A DNA stretch of 64,000 nucleotides from an uncultured Pseudobutyrivibrio sp. (GCA_900546435.1 URCQ01000007.1:17150-81149), one strand, 5' to 3'. Positions 10,699 through 21,337 are shown, counted from the stretch's first letter. The notes: generated from the sequence alone by a model not told the origin. Program-made: numbers and translations.

Positions 10699-13383
10699 TT
10701 AGGATAACTGTGCTGCTAATGCCTCTGCCACAGCTGCAATCGCATCCGGAATACCAGCCGGATTCTTACCGCCAGCCTGTGCCATGTTTGGACGACCACC
10801 GCCGCCACCACCAACAAGTCCGGCAATGGATTTAATCAGGTTACCCGCATGCGCACCCGCTTTCATAGCCTCATCTGTAACCATAGCAACCAGATTTACT
10901 TTTCCATCTTTTGCAGATGCCAAAACAACAACGCCTTCTCCTAATTTATTCTTGAGGTCATCGCCAAGATCACGTAAACCATTCATATCCACGTCATCTA
11001 CCGATGTTGCCAGAAGTTTCACACCAGATACTTCAACGACAGCGTCCATAACATTACCGAGTGCACTCTGTGCTGCCTTTGCTTTGAGTGATTCATTCTC
11101 ACTCTGCAATTCCTTCACTTCTGCCATCAGTTTTTCCAGACGTTCTACCAGATTTGCAGGTGTTGCCTTTACTGTCTTAGCAGCCTTCTGCATCTCCTTT
11201 TCCACGTTCGCATAATAAGCAATCACATTTGTACCTGTCAAAGCTTCAATACGTCTGACACCAGCAGCTACGCCATTTTCAGAAATAATCTTAAATGCCA
11301 TAATATCGCCGGTATTTTCTACATGTGTACCACCACAGAATTCCTTAGAGAAGTCTCCCATGGAAACGACACGAACCTTTTCTCCATATTTCTCACCAAA
11401 CAATGCCATTGCGCCTGTCTGCTTTGCTTCTTCCTGCGTCATCACTTGTGTTACAACCGGAATATGTTCTGCAATCTTTGCATTTACCATGTCTTCTACA
11501 CGCTGCAATTCATCTGCCGTCATGGCTGAAAAATGCGTAAAGTCAAATCGTGTACGCTCTCCATCCTGGAAAGAACCGGACTGTGCCACATGATTACCAA
11601 GTACTTCCTGCAATGCTTTTTGCAGTAAATGTGTTGCGGAGTGATTGCGACAGGTGTTCATACGATTGGTCTTATCTACAGACAATGTCACTTCCTGACC
11701 AACCGCAATCATGCCCTGCTCCATATGACCAATATGGCCATATCTTCCACCAACAAGCTTCACGGTATCATCTACAATAAACTTGCCACCATCTGTATAA
11801 ATCACACCTTTATCTCCCTGCTGGCCACCCATGGTAGCATAAAAAGGTGTCACATCGCATACAATCGTTCCATTCTCACCCTCAGCGATACCATTTGCAA
11901 GTTCAGACACAACCCTGCCCTCTGCATCTTCTTTTGCTGTTGCAAGAACGGTAACCTTACCTGTATCCTCTAACTTATCATAGCCGGTAAACTCGGATGT
12001 AATTGATAAATCTACATTTTCAAATACAGAAGCATCTGCACCCATATAATTGGTAACTTTACGTGCAGATCTTGCTTTCTGACGCTGTTCTTCCATGCAG
12101 GCATGGAATCCTTCTTCGTCGTAAGAGAAACCTTTTTCTTCGAGAATTTCCTGGGTCAGATCTACAGGGAATCCGTACGTATCGTATAATTTGAATGTAT
12201 TTTCACCAGAAAGTTCTTTTGAACCAGCTGCAACCATCTCCTGTTCCATCTGGGCAAGAATAGCAAGTCCCTGGTCAATGGTCTTATTAAATTTCTCTTC
12301 TTCCTCTGTCAGAACCTTAAAGATAAAGTCTTTTCTTTCTTCTAATTCCGGATAACCATCCTTACATTCTTCAATAACGGTATTGGAAAGATTAGCAAGG
12401 AAGGTATCCTTGATACCAAGCATTCGTCCATGACGTGCTGCACGACGAATCAGACGACGTAATACATAACCACGGCCTTCATTCGATGGCATAACACCAT
12501 CTGACACCAAAAATGTAGAGGAACGGATATGGTCGGTAATCAGACGAATTGATACATCATCCATCGCATCCACCTGATATGTCTTCCCACTCATCTCACA
12601 AATACGGTCACGAATTGCCTTCATGGTATCAATATCAAAAACAGAATCCACATCCTGCATAACAACTGCAAGACGTTCCAATCCCATACCTGTATCAATG
12701 TTCTTCTGCTCTAATTCACTATAACCGCCTTTGCCATCACCATAAAACTGGGTAAATACGTTGTTCCATACTTCCATGAAACGATCACACTCGCATCCCA
12801 CTTTACAGTCCGGACTGCCACAGCCATATTTTTCACCACGATCATAATATATCTCAGAACATGGTCCACAAGGTCCTGCGCCATGTTCCCAGAAGTTATC
12901 ACATTCACCGGTCTCAGGATCACGGTAAAAACGGGTGATTCTATCTGCTGGAACACCAATCTTTTTATTCCAGATTTCAAAAGCCTCATCATCCTCTCCA
13001 TAAATAGATGGGTAAAGACGATCTGGTTCCATACCAAGGACTTCCGTCAAAAACTCCCATGACCAGCTGATGGCTTCTTTCTTAAAATAATCTCCGAAAG
13101 AGAAATTTCCAAGCATTTCAAAAAATGTCAGATGACGTGCTGTCTTACCAACATTTTCGATATCACCTGTACGAACACACTTCTGACAAGTCGTCACACG
13201 ACGTCTTGGCGGAATCTCCTGCCCTGTAAAATAAGGCTTCAGTGGTGCCATACCGGCATTAATCAATAACAGACTGTTATCGTTATGTGGTACCAATGAA
13301 AAACTCTTCATTGCAAGATGACCCTTGCTCTCAAAGAATTCAAGGTACATTCTTCTTAATTCGTTTACTCCATACTTCTTCAA
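10699..13383 (-). CDS. alaS: Alanine--tRNA ligase
   Basis: SLLLINAGMAPLK, FFEMLGNFSFGDYFK, IDTGMGLERL, HSATHLL, CGGTH, GGGGGRP. Confidence 0.99.
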   Translation of the reverse strand: MKKYGVNELRRMYLEFFESKGHLAMKSFSLVPHNDNSLLLINAGMAPLKPYFTGQEIPPRRRVTTCQKCVRTGDIENVGKTARHLTFFEMLGNFSFGDYFKKEAISWSWEFLTEVLGMEPDRLYPSIYGEDDEAFEIWNKKIGVPADRITRFYRDPETGECDNFWEHGAGPCGPCSEIYYDRGEKYGCGSPDCKVGCECDRFMEVWNNVFTQFYGDGKGGYSELEQKNIDTGMGLERLAVVMQDVDSVFDIDTMKAIRDRICEMSGKTYQVDAMDDVSIRLITDHIRSSTFLVSDGVMPSNEGRGYVLRRLIRRAARHGRMLGIKDTFLANLSNTVIEECKDGYPELEERKDFIFKVLTEEEEKFNKTIDQGLAILAQMEQEMVAAGSKELSGENTFKLYDTYGFPVDLTQEILEEKGFSYDEEGFHACMEEQRQKARSARKVTNYMGADASVFENVDLSITSEFTGYDKLEDTGKVTVLATAKEDAEGRVVSELANGIAEGENGTIVCDVTPFYATMGGQQGDKGVIYTDGGKFIVDDTVKLVGGRYGHIGHMEQGMIAVGQEVTLSVDKTNRMNTCRNHSATHLLQKALQEVLGNHVAQSGSFQDGERTRFDFTHFSAMTADELQRVEDMVNAKIAEHIPVVTQVMTQEEAKQTGAMALFGEKYGEKVRVVSMGDFSKEFCGGTHVENTGDIMAFKIISENGVAAGVRRIEALTGTNVIAYYANVEKEMQKAAKTVKATPANLVERLEKLMAEVKELQSENESLKAKAAQSALGNVMDAVVEVSGVKLLATSVDDVDMNGLRDLGDDLKNKLGEGVVVLASAKDGKVNLVAMVTDEAMKAGAHAGNLIKSIAGLVGGGGGGRPNMAQAGGKNPAGIPDAIAAVAEALAAQLS

Positions 13384-13401
13384 CGTATCTTCCTCCGAAA
13401 T

Positions 13402-13566
13402 TTATTCTTGTGCAGTTGTATCCTCTGTTGCTGCTCCCTGCGCTTCATTTTTCGCATTCTTTTTCTTGGCTAATTTTATACCAAGCAGTGCTCCACATAC
13501 CGCAATCACTACTAATATAACAAACAGTAACAGATACGATAAAAAACTACTTACGATCATATTCAT
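13402..13566 (-). CDS. Small single-TM protein (54 aa) upstream of alaS (not in ORF track)
   Basis: RBS AAGGAGG; MNMIVSSFLSYLLLFVILVVIAVCGALLGIKLAKKKNAKNEAQGAATEDTTAQE. Confidence 0.75.
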   Translation of the reverse strand: MNMIVSSFLSYLLLFVILVVIAVCGALLGIKLAKKKNAKNEAQGAATEDTTAQE

Positions 13567-13692
13567 ATGCCTCCTTGTGACATAGTATTTGTAACATTAC
13601 TATTATATAGAAATCATCTATGCTTTTCAAGACACCTCATTGATAATTTCCAACGACTTCCATACGCTGACTGCAAATTTTCTGCCATAAAA

Positions 13693-14208
13693 TCAAAATG
13701 GCAATCGAAGTTGGCTTGCATCTTCCGTTTCTAAAAGAACATCATCCTGTAAATACGCTTCCGGCTGGTCTGCTGCACTTGTAGCAAGCACATCGCAACG
13801 CTCATTTTCCGGATGTCCGTCATGTCCCTTTACCCAGACAAATTCCACCTGATGTGGTGCTTTTGCTGCGAGAAGCGCTTTCCATAAATCTACATTTTTT
13901 ACCGGTTTTTTATCGGATTTTACCCAATTCTTTTTCAACCAGTTATCCACCCAATGCTGGTTAAACGCATCGACAACATATTTGGAATCAGAATAAATCG
14001 TCACCTGACATGGTTTGTTTAATTCCTGTAAAGCACGGATAACTCCTAAAAGTTCCATCCGGTTATTGGTCGTCTTCTTATAGCCGCATGACAATTCTTT
14101 TTCATGTAGATTACCTGCCTGGTCACGCACCTGTAAAATTGCGCCATACCCTCCTGGTCCATCTGGGTTTCCTCTTGCAGCGCCATCTGTAAATATGGTT
14201 ACATGCAT
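13693..14208 (-). CDS. rnhA: Ribonuclease HI
   Basis: FTDGAARGNP.GPGGYG, TTNNRMEL, DSKYV, WVKGH..HPENERCD. Confidence 0.97.
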   Translation of the reverse strand: MHVTIFTDGAARGNPDGPGGYGAILQVRDQAGNLHEKELSCGYKKTTNNRMELLGVIRALQELNKPCQVTIYSDSKYVVDAFNQHWVDNWLKKNWVKSDKKPVKNVDLWKALLAAKAPHQVEFVWVKGHDGHPENERCDVLATSAADQPEAYLQDDVLLETEDASQLRLPF

Positions 14209-14219
14209 TTTCTTCTCTC

Positions 14220-14972
14220 CTAATCCAAATCAAAAATTATATTTTCGCGATCTATCGAAACCACTTTCTGTGCAAGTCCCACCAATTCTGGTCTGCGTTT
14301 AAAACGTTCGATCAAATCATACTGTTTCCACAGATGCATTGGAAATACCACGTCTACATCTATGTTTTTGAGAAAGTATTCCATCCCAAGATAATACGCA
14401 TCTCCCAGGCGTGGATCTAAAACAACAAAGGCAACATCTATATGGCGATTTTTTATACGATGCAATTCGCGTTTATACGCATCCCCATATGTTTTCGTAT
14501 AAAGTTCTGCTTCCATGCCGGAATTCCACCAATGCAAATCGCCAGCATGATAAATCGTCTGTCCTTCCACCGAAACCAGATATGCCACGCCTGCATCGGT
14601 GGAACGCAGTGTCTCAACGATGAGATCATCGATTTCATATTTTTCGATTACCGATACAAACTGTATTTCCTTTTTGATTGCCGGGTCAATCCCATGACGC
14701 ATCAGGTACGCCCGCCCCAATCGAATATCCTTTGAAAAAATATAATTTATCTTTGGATACTTTTCTTTCCAGTGCAATACCTCCAATGAAAAATGATCTT
14801 TATGGCTATGACTTGCAAAAACATAAATGTGTTTATTTGCATCCAGTTCCGGCATTTTTCCTTCGAAATGTACTGTTTCCACTGCCTCCTTTGGAAAATA
14901 GTCAAAAACCAGAATATGATGATCCAATTCCACCACAAAGCACGAATGCCATACATAAGTAACACGTAACAT
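14220..14972 (-). CDS. Metallo-beta-lactamase fold hydrolase
   Basis: HS, SHSHKDH, YHAGD, PMH motifs. Confidence 0.88.
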   Translation of the reverse strand: MLRVTYVWHSCFVVELDHHILVFDYFPKEAVETVHFEGKMPELDANKHIYVFASHSHKDHFSLEVLHWKEKYPKINYIFSKDIRLGRAYLMRHGIDPAIKKEIQFVSVIEKYEIDDLIVETLRSTDAGVAYLVSVEGQTIYHAGDLHWWNSGMEAELYTKTYGDAYKRELHRIKNRHIDVAFVVLDPRLGDAYYLGMEYFLKNIDVDVVFPMHLWKQYDLIERFKRRPELVGLAQKVVSIDRENIIFDLD

Positions 14973-14986
14973 AATTTTTCCTCTTT

Positions 14987-16285
14987 TTATTTCATGCGAC
15001 CAATAATCGCATTTGCCTTCGCATAAATTTCCTTCGGGTCAAATCCAATGAAAAATTGTCCATTTTCATATAAAATCTGTCCATTTACCATCGTCATAGC
15101 AACATTCTGCTTACTTCCACTGTAGACGATATTTTTTACCAGATGATTCTCCGGCTGCATATTTGGCTGCATCAGATCTATCATAATAAGATCGGCTTTC
15201 TTACCAACAGCAAGCTGATCACAATCATCGAGTCCCATGCACTTTGCCCCGGCCGTCGTTGCCATGTAGAGTACTTCCTCTGCCGGAACACATGCCGCAT
15301 CTTTTTCCTTTACTTTTGCAAGCGCTGTTGTAAGGAACATCTCACGGAACATATCCAGACAGTTGTTACTTGCCGGTCCATCTGTTCCAATCGCAAGCGC
15401 AATGCCTTCGTCCAAGTAACGCTGAATTGGTGCAATACCACTGGCAAGTTTAAGATTGGAAGCCGGATTGGTTACCGCTGTCAATCCCTTATCACGGAAG
15501 ATTTCAAAATCCTGATCCTCCATATAAATACAGTGATATCCACCACCACCATATTGATACATACCAAGTGCATCCGTTAAGGCTGTCGGTGTTTTGCCCC
15601 AACGTTCTTTACACTCCTTCACTTCCAGTGCGGTTTCTGCATTATGTAAAAAAACAGGTGATTTTACTTTTTGTGCCAGTGCTGCCACACCCTCCATGAG
15701 TTCCATAGAAGTTGTATACTCCGCATGAAATCCAAGGATAAACGATGTCAAATCACTCATCTCATTTACCCGATGATAATCTTCTTCCAATTGTCCCAGA
15801 CTGCTGGCAAAATTATTCAATCCGGATGTCTGCACCGTACGAAATCCGCAATCAATAGATGCCTGTGCATTTTTCTCCGGGAAAAAATACATATCAAAGT
15901 TGGCCGTAATCCCACTTGTCAGATATTCCATAATTCCCAAGATATTAAGCCAGTATACATCATCTTCTGTCAACTGCCCTTCTCTTGGAAAAATCGCCTC
16001 ATTTAACCATCTCTGCAAAGGCAGATCATCTGCATACGAACGTAAAAATGTCATAGCTGTATGCGTATGGGCATTCTTAAACCCTGGCATCAACAAATTT
16101 CCATGCACATCAATTTCACGTTCCCAGATAACAATCTCATCTTCTGTAAATACATTGGCCACATCTTTGCCCTCTCCTATGTAGCAAATGCGGTCTCCTT
16201 TTACCCAAAGTTCTCCCTCTTGCATTGTAAATGTATGCCCTTCTCCCGGCAAAAGCATTTTAGCATTGTAAAAACGAATATTCAT
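14987..16285 (-). CDS. Amidohydrolase, MTA/SAH deaminase (MtaD)-like
   Basis: PGFKNAHTH, H.AE, NPASNLKLASG, GTDGPASNN; adjacent to purine nucleoside phosphorylase. Confidence 0.85.
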   Translation of the reverse strand: MNIRFYNAKMLLPGEGHTFTMQEGELWVKGDRICYIGEGKDVANVFTEDEIVIWEREIDVHGNLLMPGFKNAHTHTAMTFLRSYADDLPLQRWLNEAIFPREGQLTEDDVYWLNILGIMEYLTSGITANFDMYFFPEKNAQASIDCGFRTVQTSGLNNFASSLGQLEEDYHRVNEMSDLTSFILGFHAEYTTSMELMEGVAALAQKVKSPVFLHNAETALEVKECKERWGKTPTALTDALGMYQYGGGGYHCIYMEDQDFEIFRDKGLTAVTNPASNLKLASGIAPIQRYLDEGIALAIGTDGPASNNCLDMFREMFLTTALAKVKEKDAACVPAEEVLYMATTAGAKCMGLDDCDQLAVGKKADLIMIDLMQPNMQPENHLVKNIVYSGSKQNVAMTMVNGQILYENGQFFIGFDPKEIYAKANAIIGRMK

Positions 16286-16355
16286 CCCCCCAAAACTTCC
16301 TTTCTCTTTTTCCAGTCACTGATGCCATTCCCCAATAGCATCACGTGATCAACAA

Positions 16356-17201
16356 TCATTCTTTCTTTGCAAGCATCGCATGGATCTTTGTGATACTTTT
16401 TGTTACTAATGCGCTGAAATCTCTTTCTACCATTTTGCCCGCTTCTATAACTTCTTCCTCTGTCAACGGATGTGGTGAGATACCTGCCGCCAGATTGGAT
16501 ATGCAGGAGATTCCAACAATCTTCATTCCCATATGATTGGCCGCCACTGCCTCACAAGCCGTACTCATGCCAACCGCATCAGCGCCCATCCCTCTACACA
16601 TTGCAATTTCTTCTGGCGATTCATAGTTCGGTCCCGGCATCTGGATATATATCCCTTCTTTGATTGGCAAATCTAATTCACATGCCGCCTTCCGAATCAC
16701 CTGCTGTAAATCCTCATCATAAATATGACTCATATCCGGAAATCTGCTTCCCAGTTCTGTGATATTTGCTCCACGAAGCGGTGATGGTACAAGCGTCGCA
16801 ATCTGTCCAGTAATCATCATCAGATCGCCCGCACAAAATCCACGCTTAATGCCACCTGCAGCATTGGTAAGAAACAAAACTTTTGCTCCCATCATCTTCA
16901 TCAAACGGATTGGTAAGACCACATCTGTCATCTCATAGCCTTCATAATAATGCACACGCCCCTGCATAGCTACCACTGGTGTATCTTCTACATAGCCAAA
17001 GACAAACTGCCCTACATGCCCTGGTGCTGTCGATACTGGAAACCCATCGATCTCTCCATATGGAATTGTTGCCATAACCTTCATTTGACCGGCATAATTC
17101 CCCAGACCTGAGCCAAGCACAAGTGCCACTTCCGGTGTAAAAGGAATACGCTCGCGAATGCTTTCAAAGCATGCACAAAGTTTTTCATATACTGGATTCA
17201 T
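16356..17201 (-). CDS. punA: Purine nucleoside phosphorylase
   Basis: VLGSGLG, QGRVHYYEG, TNAAGG, GPNYES, GADAVGMST; start set at MNPVYEK behind RBS GAGGAAAGG. Confidence 0.93.
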   Translation of the reverse strand: MNPVYEKLCACFESIRERIPFTPEVALVLGSGLGNYAGQMKVMATIPYGEIDGFPVSTAPGHVGQFVFGYVEDTPVVAMQGRVHYYEGYEMTDVVLPIRLMKMMGAKVLFLTNAAGGIKRGFCAGDLMMITGQIATLVPSPLRGANITELGSRFPDMSHIYDEDLQQVIRKAACELDLPIKEGIYIQMPGPNYESPEEIAMCRGMGADAVGMSTACEAVAANHMGMKIVGISCISNLAAGISPHPLTEEEVIEAGKMVERDFSALVTKSITKIHAMLAKKE

Positions 17202-17289
17202 ACCTTTCCTCCACTTCATACGTTCTTCAAATTTAACATTAAGTCTAACATAAGCAGGCTCCTTTATCAACAAGTGAGGTACGCACGAT

Positions 17290-17319
17290 AAAAGGAGCCG
17301 AGCTTATGCTCGACTCCTT
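17290..17319 (-). terminator. Terminator after the DUF5692-like gene
   Basis: AAGGAGcCGAGC-TTAT-GCTCGaCTCCTT. Confidence 0.75.
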
Positions 17320-17352
17320 AAAACTCAATTCAATTCGATGAACGAAAGCAAA

Positions 17353-18462
17353 TTACTTTGCTACTCTAGCCATTGCCTCATCGTAATCCTTTGTTCCTAC
17401 CCAGATATCGTTCTTATATGGGTTCTTCTTCTGCTCAATTGATCTCTTCATAATCACAGCGATACAAATTACGTTAGCAACTAATGCAAGAATAGATACA
17501 ACTCCTTGTGCTGTTGGGTTTGCTGTGATTCCCATGTCAGCAATTACTTCATTAGAAGTATTTACGCCACTGTTGTAAACAGCGAGTGCCTTGTCATAAA
17601 GATCAAGTGCTGAGTAACCCTTTGCTGCTGCTCCACCGTAAACAGATGGAAGAACCGAGAAAGTCTTGCTCAACTGGAATAATGGGAATACCTGTGCAAA
17701 CATACACCAGATACCAAGTGTGTTAGCACGGTTCTGGATCCAACCACCCTTGTTCCAAAGTGCATTAGCAAATGTAGGAGCAAGAAGAAGTGCAACACCA
17801 CAATACCATGTATGTGTAGGCAGGTTAGCATATGTATACTGGAAGTTCCAGATATCGTATGCAACGATGAACCATACTGTCATGTCAGGCCAAATCATAT
17901 CCTGTGTATTTTTGTCCTTTGATGAGTAAATTCCCCACCAACCTGTCATACAGAAGATATTGAGAACACCTGCGATAGCGTTGAGTACGTTCCACCATCC
18001 ACCATAAAGGAATACACCTTCGTTTGATGCCCACCAGGCACCTGAAAGGTCACCTGTGATAGCGAAAGCGTGTACTGCTGACTCAAGATCAGAAACAACA
18101 GCGATCATGATGTTTGCAGCAACGATGAACCATGGGAATGGCTTAAACCATTCTTTTGCACCAATGCCCCACTGATACTTGATCATCATGAAACCGATAC
18201 ATCCAATAACTGCAGCATAGAGCTTGAAGTAGTGGAACCAACCATCCATGTATTCCATAGTTGGGTTGCTTGCGCCACCAAATGCGCCCAAATGCATACC
18301 AATAAAGTAAACTGTAAGAATGAGTGGAATAATAACGAAGATTACCATTCCGCCTGCCTTTGTACGACGGGCAATTTCATTCGTAATGATAAGTCCGGCA
18401 AACACGAGTAACCAGCCTACAAGCTGAGTAGCAGATGTGCTGCCATAAATCTGAAACAACAT
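17353..18462 (-). CDS. Polytopic membrane protein (DUF5692-like)
   Basis: Multiple TM helices; NE..RRTK, WFHY.K, WPDM..WFI.AYD.WNF.Y, WIQNRANTL recalled from this family. Confidence 0.7.
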   Translation of the reverse strand: MLFQIYGSTSATQLVGWLLVFAGLIITNEIARRTKAGGMVIFVIIPLILTVYFIGMHLGAFGGASNPTMEYMDGWFHYFKLYAAVIGCIGFMMIKYQWGIGAKEWFKPFPWFIVAANIMIAVVSDLESAVHAFAITGDLSGAWWASNEGVFLYGGWWNVLNAIAGVLNIFCMTGWWGIYSSKDKNTQDMIWPDMTVWFIVAYDIWNFQYTYANLPTHTWYCGVALLLAPTFANALWNKGGWIQNRANTLGIWCMFAQVFPLFQLSKTFSVLPSVYGGAAAKGYSALDLYDKALAVYNSGVNTSNEVIADMGITANPTAQGVVSILALVANVICIAVIMKRSIEQKKNPYKNDIWVGTKDYDEAMARVAK

Positions 18463-18701
18463 AATTACATTCCTCCCTTACTTGTATTCATACGTTGTTT
18501 TTCGAGGTTTTTTCCCCTCTTTTCGCAACAATTTTAACACTTTGTTTATACTATTTCAAACTTTTTTAATAAATATAAACAATCTTACTCACGCACATAA
18601 AAATGTGTATAAAATAAAGAACAATCTTTCCCATACAGCAAATTCTGTGTATAAAATCAGACACATTTCGACTCATTTTATAAAAAATGTATACTATTTT
18701 A

Positions 18702-20180
18702 TCAAATGATGATACAGATTAAACCGCCGTTATTATCATTCACGATTTTTTGCATCGTATCCTGTAGTTTTAGCTGACATTCATCATCCATGGCAGCAAT
18801 CTTACTACGCATGCCATCTTCCATCAGTTCTCCTATGGATTTACCAAAAATGTTTGTCTCAAAAACCCCTTCCTTCGTCTTTTGTCCTTCCTTAATATAG
18901 GCAATCAAATCCTGTGCCTGCTCCTCACTTCCAACAATCGGAGCAATCTCTGTTTCGATATTTGCACGAATCATGTGAATGGATGGAGACAGTGCCTTCA
19001 TTTTCACACCAAATTTATTTCCGTGACGAATCAGCACCGGCTCCTCCATGGTAATATCCGACAGTTCCGGCGAAACAACCCCATATCCCTTCTGTTCTAC
19101 CGACTGCATTGCATCTGCCACCTTTTCATAGGATTTACGCAAATTTGACAGATTTCCAATATACGATAGCAACTGATATTCTCCTGTAATCGGCACACCT
19201 GCCAATTGTGATATATTCTCATAATAATAACTTTTCTCAAGTGTCATCGATATTTTTACCTGACCTGTCGCCAAATCCACCTGGCTTAATGTTGTTTTTT
19301 CTATGTAATCCTCCGGCTGCGAAAAATCGATAGCAAATATATCCCTTACCTTTGTCGTATCTTCCAATATTCTTTTTGCATAACCTGCAATGCTCTGTTT
19401 CATCTCATTTTCTGCCGGCAGCATTTCCACCCATTTTGGAATCGTAAAGGATATTCCACTGACTGGAAATTCATACAGAACGGAAGACAAAATCTCTTCA
19501 AAATCTTCTTTTTTCATCTGCTGACAATTCATAGGAAGCACACTGCACTGATACTCCAGTTCCAACTGTTTTGCAAGTTGCTTAGTCTCCTCACTATGTG
19601 GATGTCCGGAATTAACAATCATCACATAGGGTTTCCCGATAGCACGCAATTTTTCTACGGTACGCATCTCTGCCTCAACAAAAGCTTCTCGATCCAATTC
19701 TCCAAACGTCCCATCACAGGTAACAATCACACCGATTGTCGCATGATCTGTGATCACTTTTTCCGTCCCCACGGCAGCCGCTTTTTCAAATGGCATCTCA
19801 TGTGAAGACCATGGCGTTTTTACCATACGCTCCCGATCTCCTTCCATAGCCCCCTTTGCCCCTTGAATCAAGAAACCCACACAATCAATCAAACGAATCT
19901 TGCATTTTAAATCATGCGCCAATTCCATCTCCACCTGTTCCTTCGGTACAAACTTGGGCTCTGTCGTCATAATGGTGCGCCCCTGTGCTGATTGCGGCAA
20001 TTCGTCAATGGTGCGCCGCATAACATTTTCCTCTTTAATATTCGGAAGTACCATCTGCTCCATAAACTGTTTAATAAAAGTAGATTTCCCCGTTCGCACC
20101 GGTCCCACGACACCTATGTATATTTCTCCATTTGTTCTGCTTTGTATGTCATTATATAAAGAAAATGTTGTTTCTCCCAT
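18702..20180 (-). CDS. spoIVA: Stage IV sporulation protein A
   Basis: GEIYIGVVGPVRTGKSTFIK, MTTEPKFVP, C-terminal GGLICIII. Confidence 0.98.
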   Translation of the reverse strand: MGETTFSLYNDIQSRTNGEIYIGVVGPVRTGKSTFIKQFMEQMVLPNIKEENVMRRTIDELPQSAQGRTIMTTEPKFVPKEQVEMELAHDLKCKIRLIDCVGFLIQGAKGAMEGDRERMVKTPWSSHEMPFEKAAAVGTEKVITDHATIGVIVTCDGTFGELDREAFVEAEMRTVEKLRAIGKPYVMIVNSGHPHSEETKQLAKQLELEYQCSVLPMNCQQMKKEDFEEILSSVLYEFPVSGISFTIPKWVEMLPAENEMKQSIAGYAKRILEDTTKVRDIFAIDFSQPEDYIEKTTLSQVDLATGQVKISMTLEKSYYYENISQLAGVPITGEYQLLSYIGNLSNLRKSYEKVADAMQSVEQKGYGVVSPELSDITMEEPVLIRHGNKFGVKMKALSPSIHMIRANIETEIAPIVGSEEQAQDLIAYIKEGQKTKEGVFETNIFGKSIGELMEDGMRSKIAAMDDECQLKLQDTMQKIVNDNNGGLICIII

Positions 20181-20210
20181 AAGAAAAAGCCCCTTCCCAT
20201 ATTTACCTCT

Positions 20211-20239
20211 AATATATGGGAAGAGACTTCAATTTATGA
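20211..20239 (-). promoter_or_regulatory. SigE-type promoter of spoIVA
   Basis: TCATAAA-14-CATATATT. Confidence 0.7.
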
Positions 20240-21337
20240 GTCAATCTTAAAATTATTCTTACCGCTCCGTTTCACTTCATAGAGTGCACGATCTGCTCGT
20301 GCAAACAGCTCGGCATAATTCTCCATTCCATCACCTTTCGTACAGCGAACCGCTATACCCACACTACAGGAAAATGGCTGCTTTCCATCCGGCGCACGCA
20401 TTGTGTGTGTCAGTTCCATAACACGTTCTACACATTTAATCGCTTCTGCCGTATCTTTTTCCTTGAGAAACATAACAAATTCATCGCCGCCAAAACGTCC
20501 AGCAATGTCGTCCGTATCTATTGAATGACGCAGAATCTGCCCAAAGCTTCGAAGTACCGCATCTCCTGCCTGATGTCCATACGTGTCATTTACTGTCTTA
20601 AAATCATCAAAGTCTACAATAACCATCACGCAATCTGATGTCGGATGTGAACGCATAAACTCATTACATAAAAATTCGGTACTTGCCTTATTATAAGTCG
20701 ATGTCAGCCGATCCACCATTCCCATACGGCGAAGCCTTTGTTTTGCTTCATGTTCGCTGGCACGATATGTATACAATATCTTTGCAACGTAGCCGGTTAG
20801 AACAACGCCAAAAAGGCAACTGAATAAATCAACTGAAAATGTGGCAATCGACTTCGTCAGAAAAGATGCCAGTATATAAGCTGCCATCTCAACTAACATC
20901 AGTCCAATAGCCTGATAAAAGGTGTATATAAAGGCAACTATAAACGCAACCGTCACCGGCATATAATAAACCGCCGGCTGATTCATTTCGACAGGAACAA
21001 TGCTCATGATTCCTGTAAAAGTCATCACATACAACTGAAACATACTGCATACAATGGATACTTCCTTGTAGGATCTTGTTTTCTTTTTATAGCGTATGAG
21101 CACGATAGGCAAAATCATAGCATGAAGTATCACTGCACCTGCATACACACGCGTGACCTGCCACTTAGAAAACACATTCAAAGAAGCACAAAAATAACCA
21201 AAAACCACTATAAAATATATGATATTCAGCGTACACAATGTCTTTTGATTGTTCTTTGTGACACTAGCTTTGTTATCCTCAATATAGGAAATGCTGTCCT
21301 GTTGCACACGGTCTTTGATCTTATATAGTAATTCCAT
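20234..21337 (-). CDS. Membrane-bound diguanylate cyclase
   Basis: About 6 TM helices, D.D.FK..ND.YGH..GD, RFGGDEF. Confidence 0.9.
   Translation of the reverse strand: MELLYKIKDRVQQDSISYIEDNKASVTKNNQKTLCTLNIIYFIVVFGYFCASLNVFSKWQVTRVYAGAVILHAMILPIVLIRYKKKTRSYKEVSIVCSMFQLYVMTFTGIMSIVPVEMNQPAVYYMPVTVAFIVAFIYTFYQAIGLMLVEMAAYILASFLTKSIATFSVDLFSCLFGVVLTGYVAKILYTYRASEHEAKQRLRRMGMVDRLTSTYNKASTEFLCNEFMRSHPTSDCVMVIVDFDDFKTVNDTYGHQAGDAVLRSFGQILRHSIDTDDIAGRFGGDEFVMFLKEKDTAEAIKCVERVMELTHTMRAPDGKQPFSCSVGIAVRCTKGDGMENYAELFARADRALYEVKRSGKNNFKIDS

Noticed and set aside
13287..13585. Plus-strand ORFs upstream of alaS
   Set aside because: Antisense to alaS and to the RBS-supported 54-aa ORF
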